This document shows, piece after piece, positions 52,840 to 60,136 of a stretch of 64,000 bases of DNA (positions within the stretch are counted from its first letter, which is position 1; each line of letters opens with the position of its first letter). The notes beneath the pieces were generated by a model, which did not search any database, was not told the origin of the DNA, and worked only from the letters and a program-made list of their open reading frames with translations. The position numbers were made by a program, and so were the translations under genes. This DNA comes from Vicinamibacteria bacterium (GTDB taxonomy: Bacteria; Acidobacteriota; Vicinamibacteria; Vicinamibacterales; CAVVIG01): the NCBI GenBank assembly GCA_041485905.1, contig JBGPKK010000001.1:38141-102140 (forward strand), written 5' to 3'.

Positions 52840-53217
52840 TCACACTGATGGGGATCCGCGGTACGGTGAGGCACGAGCCGTTCTGATGGCGCTGATGACC
52901 ATCGCTCGAAGTTGGTTCGCTTCGCCGAGTTCCCATTCGGCTTCATCCTTCGTCACGACCGCAATCTTCAGAGCGACGCGAAGCCACCAGATGGTCTCGC
53001 GCGCCTCCTTTCGGGAAATACTCAGCTTTGCAATGAAATCCGGCTTCGACTGGCCTTCTTGCGCTTCTTCTGCGTTGGAGCCGATCGAGGTGCCGCAACG
53101 CATTAGCTGTGACGCCACGTGTCGAGCCGCTGGCCCGCGCGACCAGATCTTCTCCGACAGCTTCAAGATGCAGCAGGCAAATTCGAACGCTCGCTCGCAG
53201 ATGATGGAGTGGGTCAT
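52840..53217 (-). CDS. four-helix-bundle protein (23S rRNA intervening-sequence protein family)
   Basis: Start at MTHSIICERAFEF (Met9 of ORF 52840..53241). SIGSNAEEAQEGQSKPDFIAKLSISRKEARETIWWL matches that family's hallmark as I remember it. Confidence 0.75.
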   Translation of the reverse strand: MTHSIICERAFEFACCILKLSEKIWSRGPAARHVASQLMRCGTSIGSNAEEAQEGQSKPDFIAKLSISRKEARETIWWLRVALKIAVVTKDEAEWELGEANQLRAMVISAIRTARASPYRGSPSV

Positions 53218-53346
53218 GACGCGCTGGAGTTCAAGGTTCACGCCACCGGAAATGTCACGAAAGGCTGGTAAAAACAGATGCCGGCATTGGCGGTTTGAAA
53301 TTCATACATCCCCCCGCGCACCGCGGAGATCTCTTTTTGTGCGATC

Positions 53347-53381
53347 TGCCCTTTGCCCTTTGCCCTTAGCCCTTAGCCCTT
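53347..53381. repeat. Heptamer array, 5 x TGCCCTT/AGCCCTT (right arm, inverted relative to 52766-52835)
   Basis: tgccctt tgccctt tgccctt agccctt agccctt. Contains the coxG stop codon. Confidence 0.95.
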
Positions 53382-53803
53382 TCCTGAAGGCACCCGAAGA
53401 ACCGGTCCATCATCATCTTCGAGACCGTGCCGAGCAGACGCTGACCAACCCGCGCCATGAGACCGCCGACCTGCCCCTGACCTTTTACGTTCACGATCGT
53501 CGTGTCGTTCTGTTCCACGAGCTCGACCGTCGCCTCGCCCTTGACAAAGCCGGCCTTGCCGGTGCCTTCGACAACCAGTCGATAGGAGTGCGGCGGCCGT
53601 TTGTCGAGAATCGCGACCGTCCCCGTGTACTGACCGCTGACCGCCGCGACGGCCAAGGTCAACGACGCTCGATATTGATCCTCGCCAATCGGCTCCAACC
53701 GATCGCAACCCGGCAGACATTCCGCAACGACGATGGGATCGATGAGCAGATTCCAGACCGCGGTGGGAGGGGCGGCGAAGGTGTAAGAAGCGGCAAGATC
53801 CAT
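53366..53803 (-). CDS. coxG: SRPBCC-fold CoxG-like protein
   Basis: ORF track. VWNLLIDPIVVAECLPGCDRLEPIGEDQYRA...VSGQYTGTV...GGLMARVGQRLL fits CoxG. Confidence 0.8.
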   Translation of the reverse strand: MDLAASYTFAAPPTAVWNLLIDPIVVAECLPGCDRLEPIGEDQYRASLTLAVAAVSGQYTGTVAILDKRPPHSYRLVVEGTGKAGFVKGEATVELVEQNDTTIVNVKGQGQVGGLMARVGQRLLGTVSKMMMDRFFGCLQERAKG

Positions 53804-53812
53804 GACGGGGAT

Positions 53813-54610
53813 CTACGGCTTCGTCACGGTGTACTCTGCCGGAATCTTGAATACCTCGTCCGCAATCGGCGCCAGGGAAACTTCGGTGACCTTGCTGGTC
53901 AGCTTCATCGGCAGCTTGAACGCGTCAACGAGCGGCGAACCCCCTTCGAGGGAGACCTCGAAGTCGGTGAGGCACGTGATGCCTTCAGCGCGGGCGAATA
54001 GCTGGTTCAGATCGACGCTGCCCGAAGACTGCGCCGTGCCGGGAAGGTTCGCCGCGATGGCGCGCTTCTGAAACGCGACATACTCCGCAGCACCAGGCGC
54101 GTTGTTCGACACCCACACGACGCCGTTGGACGTCAGCCGGGCGTCCTTGAACGTTTCGGCTGCTTCCTTGGACATCTGCCGCTGTGCCATGTCGACCGAC
54201 ATCGATACTTTGAACTCGTCGCATCGCTGGCCGAAGAATGTCTGCGACCGTCCCGTTGGCTCGAGAGTGAGGTCGACGTTCGGCATCGTTTCCCGCGCCT
54301 CAGCGGTCGGCGCATCGGACACCTGCGCGATTTTCTGCGGGCCGATCAGATGGATCACCCGACCCGTCGTCAGGTCGACAATGGTCGAAATCGTCGCGCC
54401 CTGGGACTCGGAATCCGTACGCGACTTCGTACCCTTGATGCGCGTGATCGCACGCGCTGTGCTGATGTTCGGCGCGCCTTCCATCGTGAGGGTCGTTGTC
54501 ATGGTAATCGTGACGTCGGCGCGAAGCACGGTCGAGCACATCGCGATCAGGGCAAGCGCTATCCATGACGACTGTCGACTGACGACGGTCGACTGTCGAC
54601 TGCTGATCAT
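53813..54610 (-). CDS. secreted protein or lipoprotein, unknown function
   Basis: ORF track. N-terminus MISSRQSTVVSRQSSWIALALIAMCSTVLRA. The charged n-region is encoded by the heptamer half-array. Confidence 0.65.
   Translation of the reverse strand: MISSRQSTVVSRQSSWIALALIAMCSTVLRADVTITMTTTLTMEGAPNISTARAITRIKGTKSRTDSESQGATISTIVDLTTGRVIHLIGPQKIAQVSDAPTAEARETMPNVDLTLEPTGRSQTFFGQRCDEFKVSMSVDMAQRQMSKEAAETFKDARLTSNGVVWVSNNAPGAAEYVAFQKRAIAANLPGTAQSSGSVDLNQLFARAEGITCLTDFEVSLEGGSPLVDAFKLPMKLTSKVTEVSLAPIADEVFKIPAEYTVTKP
54567..54602. repeat. Heptamer half-array (cgactgt cgactga cgacggt cgactgt cgactgc), same flavour as the pabB insert
   Basis: Read directly. Lies at the junction of the CHRD gene stop and the downstream gene start. 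Confidence 0.9.
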
Positions 54611-55047
54611 CTTGATGCTGCGTCGGGTAACAACCAGCCCCAGAGGTTTCCCTCGGGCGCCTTCTCGCTGTGTATCTGTATGTAGAAGCGGCTGCTCTTG
54701 ACAGCCTGAACCAGTTCCGGCGTCAGCATGAACGTGCCGGCGATCGTCCCGCTCGTGGCCTTCGTGACGGTGAGATCGAAAATCACCGGTCCGCGCACCC
54801 CACGCGGGCCGAGATGAATCTGCGCAATCGTCGCGGCGCTCTTCATCCCGTCGAACGTGCCGCGAACCGACAGGCTGCGCCCGGTCAGCGTCGCGGTAAC
54901 CGAACCTGATCCGGTGATCCCATCCCGCGTGCTCGCCACCGGCACCGGCGAGAGGCGCGCCTTGTACGTCTCGCTCTGAGCCGAGGTTATCGGCCCGAAC
55001 AACAGAGTCGTCGTCACGATCAGGACCGCAATACGACGTCGCTGCAT
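54607..55047 (-). CDS. CHRD-domain protein, secreted
   Basis: ORF track. Signal peptide; AQIHLGPRGVRGPVIFDL and FYIQIHS....GNLWG are CHRD-like. Confidence 0.65.
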   Translation of the reverse strand: MQRRRIAVLIVTTTLLFGPITSAQSETYKARLSPVPVASTRDGITGSGSVTATLTGRSLSVRGTFDGMKSAATIAQIHLGPRGVRGPVIFDLTVTKATSGTIAGTFMLTPELVQAVKSSRFYIQIHSEKAPEGNLWGWLLPDAASR

Positions 55048-55081
55048 CGTGCCTCCGCTTGGATTGTACAGGGGTCTGGCG

Positions 55082-55170
55082 GGGCAGGTGGGTCAGGTGC
55101 GCCGGGTAGGTAACCCACCCGACCTACACGACCTACCCCGACTCACCCGACCTACCTGCCCTACCCGACC
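55082..55170. repeat. G+C-rich inverted repeat array (GTAGGTC/GACCTAC flavour) just downstream of the amidase stop
   Basis: gggcaggtgggtcaggtgcgccgggtaggtaa / cccacccgacctacacgacctaccccgactcacccgacctacctgccc. The outer 8 nt gggcaggt and acctgccc are perfect complements. Confidence 0.8.
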
Positions 55171-56651
55171 AGCTTGGGTTTCCGCGTATGCCAGTCGGTC
55201 GCCTGCTCGTAGGCGTGCGCCAGCGCGAGCACGGTCGACTCGGCAAAGGGCGCGCCGCTGATTTGAAGACCGATCGGCAGCCCCGACGCCGAGAAGCCGC
55301 ACGGAATCGAGATCGTCGGCAGACCGAGGATGTCGAAGACCGCGTTGTTGTTCCCGCCGCCACCGGCCGCGCCCGGTGCGCCCAATTTCGGCGGCGGCGT
55401 CTTCATCGTCGGCGTGATGAGGAGATCGACGTTGACGAACACACTCTTGATTTCGCGCCGGAGTGTTTCCACCTGACGCCGCGCCCGCACGTAGTCGGCC
55501 GCCTTGGCCTGCATCGATCCCTCGAGCGATCGTCGGGTGCCCGGCTGGTACTTCTCGGGCGACTCCGTAATCCACTTGGTGTGATAAACGAGCGCTTCGG
55601 GGCCCCAAATGGTCGCCGGATTCGGGGTCGCCGGCAATTGGAGGTCGGTCGGCGTTCCCGCCGTGAGCCGGCGCAGCACGTCGATCGCCTGGTCCACAGC
55701 TTTGGCGACCTCGGGATCGAGGTTGTCGTAGAACGGCTTGCGCGGAACGGCAAGCCTTAACCTCCCTGTTGGAGCCTTGAGCGCGCGCGTGTAATCGGGC
55801 ACGGCGACCTCAAAGGTCGTGGGATCGAGGTCGTCGTACCCGGCAATGATATTCATCATCACGGCGACGTCCTCAACGGTTTTACACATCGGCCCGACGT
55901 GGTCCAGCGTCCACGACAGCGTCATCACGCCGCGCGTGCTGACGCGGCCGTAGGTGGGCTTCAATCCCACGATGCCGCAATGCGCGGCGGGCATCCGGAC
56001 CGAACCTGCCGTATCGGTGCCGAGCGCCGCGAAACAGAGATCGGCGGCGACCGCGACGCCTGGGCCCCCCGACGATCCGCCGGTCACGTACTCGAGGCCC
56101 CACGGATTGTGCATCGTGCCGTACGCCGTCACCGTCGATGATCCGCCGTATGCGAACTCGTGAAGATTCAGTTTGCCCAGGAGAATCGCGCCGGCGTTCT
56201 TCAACCGTCGCGCGACTTCCGCATCCTCCGTCGGAATGCGATCCTTGAATAGATCGCTTGCGCCGGTGGTGCGCACGCCCGCGGTGTCCATGTTGTCCTT
56301 GAGCGCGATCGGGACGCCGTGGAGCGGCCCTCGCCATTTCCCCCGCTGCTGTTCCGCCTCCATCTCGCGCGCCGCGGCGAGCGCCTGATCGGGCACGACG
56401 GTGATGAACGCGTTGAGCGCGGCGTTGTATTTCTGGATCCGATCGAGGCACGCGCGTGTGAGATCGACGGGCGAGGCGTCCTTGCTGCGAATCAGGTCGA
56501 CGGCCTTCTTCAGGCTGAGCGACGCGAGGTCCGCCGCGGGAGCCGCAGCAGCAATCCGGCTTAAGCCGTACGACGACTCTGCGAGTGACGGCGCAAACGC
56601 GAAAGAGCCGACCGCGGCCGCACCCGACGCGAGAAATTCTCTTCGTTTCAT
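55161..56651 (-). CDS. amidase-signature-family amidase, Tat-exported
   Basis: ORF track. MKRREFLASGAAAVG twin-arginine signal; GGSSGGPGVAVAA; KDNMDTAGVRTT. Confidence 0.85.
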   Translation of the reverse strand: MKRREFLASGAAAVGSFAFAPSLAESSYGLSRIAAAAPAADLASLSLKKAVDLIRSKDASPVDLTRACLDRIQKYNAALNAFITVVPDQALAAAREMEAEQQRGKWRGPLHGVPIALKDNMDTAGVRTTGASDLFKDRIPTEDAEVARRLKNAGAILLGKLNLHEFAYGGSSTVTAYGTMHNPWGLEYVTGGSSGGPGVAVAADLCFAALGTDTAGSVRMPAAHCGIVGLKPTYGRVSTRGVMTLSWTLDHVGPMCKTVEDVAVMMNIIAGYDDLDPTTFEVAVPDYTRALKAPTGRLRLAVPRKPFYDNLDPEVAKAVDQAIDVLRRLTAGTPTDLQLPATPNPATIWGPEALVYHTKWITESPEKYQPGTRRSLEGSMQAKAADYVRARRQVETLRREIKSVFVNVDLLITPTMKTPPPKLGAPGAAGGGGNNNAVFDILGLPTISIPCGFSASGLPIGLQISGAPFAESTVLALAHAYEQATDWHTRKPKLVG

Positions 56652-56661
56652 GGCGTGTTTA

Positions 56662-57729
56662 TCACCGGCATTTCTTCACTTCGGCCATCATGTTTCCGAG
56701 GCTCGAGACAAATCCGACCCCGAATCCCCTTCCGCGTCCGGACGAAGAACGGATGAATGTGCTGGAGGCGTCGAGCGGCAGCGTCGCCACGTTCCGGCAG
56801 AAGTCGGTCCACTTTTCTTTCTGACCCAGCTCGAACAGCGACGCTCCCGGCCTGCGCGGATACAGATACTGCTCGACGTTGGACAGGTAGAACGCGGTCA
56901 CCGTGGCATCGTGCGCCTTGAGATAGGCCGCAACCGCGCGGATCGCCTTCGGGCCGGCGAAGTCTCCGACGATCGGCACGACGAGGTTATTCGATTCGAG
57001 TTCTTTTAGAAACGCGAAGCCGGCCTCCGCGGCCAGGTAGCTGCGAGTGACGCCTTCATCGTCGGTTTCCGTCATGAGATCGACGTAGGTCGGCGAGTCA
57101 CGGACCGCGAAGCCCCGCGAGCGAAACGCGCGATACACGTACTCGATCCCTTCGAGATCGCTCGGCGAGAGCGGAAGCGCGTGGGTCCCGGTCAGGCGAC
57201 TCTCGATCGCCTGCAGATTCCGCTCCGACAGCGCCGTGTCTGCCGGTGAGTCATCAAAGGCTGAAAACAGATCGTCGGCTGTCGAACCGGCGCCCAGGCC
57301 GGGCGGCCGCGGCTTCGAGAACAGCATCGCGACGAAGTCGGCGCGATCCGCCGCGAGCTCGAACAGCGCTTTGTACATGAGCTGTGCGAGCAGATTGCCG
57401 CGGCGGATGTCAAAGATGATGGCCATCGACGGCCGCAGAGCGGCCATGTACGTGAAGTTTTGCTCCGGCCCCACCCCAAGGTACACGCCGCCGGGACGGG
57501 TTCGGTTGACGAGATCTGGTATGACGTGCTGGAACCAGAGCTCGTTCGAGGTGAGGTTGTCCGACCGGAAGTACCCGTTCGGCTCCGAGGAGTTGGTGAC
57601 GAGCTTCCAGAACTCCCGATCGCTCAGGCGGCCCGGCAGCTCGGTGGCGTGAGCCTCGGGACGCGGCGCGCACGCGATCGCGCTGAGGCCGAGTGCCAGC
57701 GCGAGAAGGACCCTGCTGCCTACTGACAT
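56662..57729 (-). CDS. secreted protein, unknown function (tandem paralogue A)
   Basis: ORF track. Signal peptide. FWKLVTNSSEPNGYFRSDNLTSNE...GVYLGVGPEQNFTYMAA...FDIRRGN is shared with the neighbour. Confidence 0.7.
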   Translation of the reverse strand: MSVGSRVLLALALGLSAIACAPRPEAHATELPGRLSDREFWKLVTNSSEPNGYFRSDNLTSNELWFQHVIPDLVNRTRPGGVYLGVGPEQNFTYMAALRPSMAIIFDIRRGNLLAQLMYKALFELAADRADFVAMLFSKPRPPGLGAGSTADDLFSAFDDSPADTALSERNLQAIESRLTGTHALPLSPSDLEGIEYVYRAFRSRGFAVRDSPTYVDLMTETDDEGVTRSYLAAEAGFAFLKELESNNLVVPIVGDFAGPKAIRAVAAYLKAHDATVTAFYLSNVEQYLYPRRPGASLFELGQKEKWTDFCRNVATLPLDASSTFIRSSSGRGRGFGVGFVSSLGNMMAEVKKCR

Positions 57730-58745
57730 TCCCTGATCTCGGAGGCCATCGACCCGAGGCTCGAGACAAATCCGACGCCAAAGCCCAGGCCGCGGCCCGA
57801 GGCCGATCGAATGAACGTGCTCGATTGATCGAGTGGCAGCGCCGCGACGTTCTTACAGAACGCGTCCCATTTTCCGTCCCGATCCAGATACTGCTCGACG
57901 TTCGACAGATAGAACGCAGTCACCGTCGCGTCGTGCGCCTTCAGATACGTGCCGATCGCGCGAAGCGCCTTCGGTCCCGCGAAATCGCCGACGACCGGGA
58001 CGACGAGGTTCTTCGACTCGAGCTCCTTGAGAAACATGAAGCCCGCTTCGCTCGCGAGATAGCTGCGGGAGACGCCGTCGTTGTCGGTTTGCGTCATGAG
58101 ATCGGCGTAGGTCGGCGTGGAGCGGACCGCAAACCCTCTCGAGTAGAACGCGTGGTAGGCGTATTCGATGCCTTCCAGATCTTCAGTCGCGAGCGGAAAC
58201 CTGCGCAGACGATCGTCAATCGCCTTGAGGTTTCGCTCGTACACCGAGAGGTCTGCCGGCAGGGCGCCCACCGCCGAAAACAGGTCGGCCGCGGTCGAGT
58301 CGGGCCTGACGCCTCGCGGCCGCTGCCGCGAAAACAACATCGACACGAATTCGGCGCGGTCCCTGGCAAGCTCGAAGAGCGCCTTGTACATCAGCTGCAC
58401 GAGCATGTTGCCGCGGCGAATGTCGAAGATGACGGCGAAGGCTGGGCGCACCGCCGCCATGTAGGTGAAGTTCTGCTCCGGGCCGACGCCGAGATACACC
58501 GCGCCGGCCCGCGTCCGGCTGACGAGCGCCGGAATCACGCGCTGGTACAAGAGCTCGTTCGACGTCAGGTTGTCGGATTGGAAGTACCCATTGGCTTCGG
58601 ACGAATCGACCACGAGCCGCCAGAAATCGCGGTCGTTCAGACCTGGCGGCAGCTCGGCTGCGCCCGCGGCGGACCGCTGAGGGGCGAGGCCGAGGCCGAG
58701 GCCCAGCGCAAGGCCGAACCAGATGAGCCGCCGCCGCGTGATCAC
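57720..58745 (-). CDS. secreted protein, unknown function (tandem paralogue B)
   Basis: ORF track. FWRLVVDSSEANGYFQSDNLTSNE...AVYLGVGPEQNFTYMAA...FDIRRGN. Confidence 0.7.
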   Translation of the reverse strand: MITRRRLIWFGLALGLGLGLAPQRSAAGAAELPPGLNDRDFWRLVVDSSEANGYFQSDNLTSNELLYQRVIPALVSRTRAGAVYLGVGPEQNFTYMAAVRPAFAVIFDIRRGNMLVQLMYKALFELARDRAEFVSMLFSRQRPRGVRPDSTAADLFSAVGALPADLSVYERNLKAIDDRLRRFPLATEDLEGIEYAYHAFYSRGFAVRSTPTYADLMTQTDNDGVSRSYLASEAGFMFLKELESKNLVVPVVGDFAGPKALRAIGTYLKAHDATVTAFYLSNVEQYLDRDGKWDAFCKNVAALPLDQSSTFIRSASGRGLGFGVGFVSSLGSMASEIRECQ

Positions 58746-60079
58746 GCGAAGACCACAACCGATGCGACCGTCGTGCGGTCGGCCGCCGCCTGATACGCCT
58801 CCCGCGTCCGATCGAGCGGAAACAGGGCCGTCGCCAGCGACTTGGCATCGAACAGGCCGGCTTCAATGAGCTTCACGAAACGCGGCAGATCGCGCATCGA
58901 ATGTGCGCCCGCAAGGTTGCCGGGATGATGGTTCTTGCTCGCGTTCGCCCACTGGTTTGCCGGGAATGACACCATCGTGCCCGGCGGATGACCGATGCTG
59001 GTCGTGACGACGTGCCCGGTCGGCGAACACAGTTGCCAGGCCTGCTGCAGCGAGAGGACGCCGGTCGGATCCGGACCGACCTCCGCCTTCGGCGGAAACA
59101 GATCGCCGCCGACGGCTTCGATGACGAAGTCGGGTCCGGGATTGCCGCCGCCAGCCAACCGTCGATCGGTGGGCCGATTGCACAGCTGTTGGATCTTCTG
59201 CACGAGCATCGTGCCCTCGACATTCGGATCGAGCACCTTGGTCGCGCCGACCTTGAGCGCGAGCTCGCGGCGGTACCGAATCGGCTCGACCGCGATGATC
59301 CGCGCCGCGCCCTTGATGCGCGCGCCCTGCACCGCGCTCAAACCGAGCGGACCGCACCCGAGCACGACCACGTCTGAGCCCGGCTCCACCGGCGCCACGG
59401 TCATCGTCGCCGCCAGGCCGACCATCCCGACGTCGTGGAGCATCGCCAGCTCGATCGACGACACTCTCGTGAACACGGGGACGCACGAGTCCTCGAACGT
59501 GACCATCAGCTCGGAGCAGCCGCCTCTGAATCCGGCGACCCTGGTCCCGTCGCGCATCTCGGCGATCGGCTGGTTGGGGCCGCCGCCGCCGTTCCCCATC
59601 AGACAGCGGTCTGCGCGTCCGTGCAGGCAGTGGTAGCACTGGCCGCACTCGGTTCCGCCCGCGACGATCACGCGGTCGCCGACCTGGACACGCGCGACCA
59701 TCGGTCCCACTTCGATCACGGTTCCAACACCGCCGTGACCCGGAATGAGCGCCTGCGTCACGGCGGAGGTCCCGAGCCCCTGAGCGGTGGTCGTGTAACA
59801 GATCTGGGCCGCCTCAGTCTTGACAACCACCTGCCGCGGCGAAATCGGGAGCAGCTTCAGCTCCTGCACCGACGCGCCGGTGCCGAATCTCACGAACGCG
59901 CGAAATCGCTGACCGGCGGCGCTCGGCGTCTGCGCAGCGGGAGCCGTGCCCGCCTGCCCCGCGTTGGCGGCGCCACCGCCCAGCAGGGTCGCCGCGCCTC
60001 CGCCCACTGCGGCGGCGGTCTTCTTGAGCATGCTGCGGCGCGACACGGACTCGGCGTGCGGTGAGGACTTGCGAGGCAT
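58742..60079 (-). CDS. Zn-dependent MDR-family alcohol/aldehyde dehydrogenase with a Tat signal peptide
   Basis: Start at MPRKSSPHAESVSRRSMLKKTAAAVGG (Met103 of ORF 58742..60385), preceded by ggagga. ICYTT, PGHGGVGTVIEVG, CGQCYHCLHGRADRC (structural Zn), VVVLGCGPLGL (Rossmann). Confidence 0.8.
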   Translation of the reverse strand: MPRKSSPHAESVSRRSMLKKTAAAVGGGAATLLGGGAANAGQAGTAPAAQTPSAAGQRFRAFVRFGTGASVQELKLLPISPRQVVVKTEAAQICYTTTAQGLGTSAVTQALIPGHGGVGTVIEVGPMVARVQVGDRVIVAGGTECGQCYHCLHGRADRCLMGNGGGGPNQPIAEMRDGTRVAGFRGGCSELMVTFEDSCVPVFTRVSSIELAMLHDVGMVGLAATMTVAPVEPGSDVVVLGCGPLGLSAVQGARIKGAARIIAVEPIRYRRELALKVGATKVLDPNVEGTMLVQKIQQLCNRPTDRRLAGGGNPGPDFVIEAVGGDLFPPKAEVGPDPTGVLSLQQAWQLCSPTGHVVTTSIGHPPGTMVSFPANQWANASKNHHPGNLAGAHSMRDLPRFVKLIEAGLFDAKSLATALFPLDRTREAYQAAADRTTVASVVVFA

Positions 60080-60136
60080 CTGAATTCCTCCCGTCAAAAT
60101 GGGACCGCGGGGAAGCAGACTATATAGTAACTCCCC

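Noticed and set aside
6256-55170. Heptamer and short-period arrays as CRISPR arrays.
   Set aside because: The periods are 7-12 nt with no unique spacers, the arms are inverted rather than direct, and there are no cas genes.
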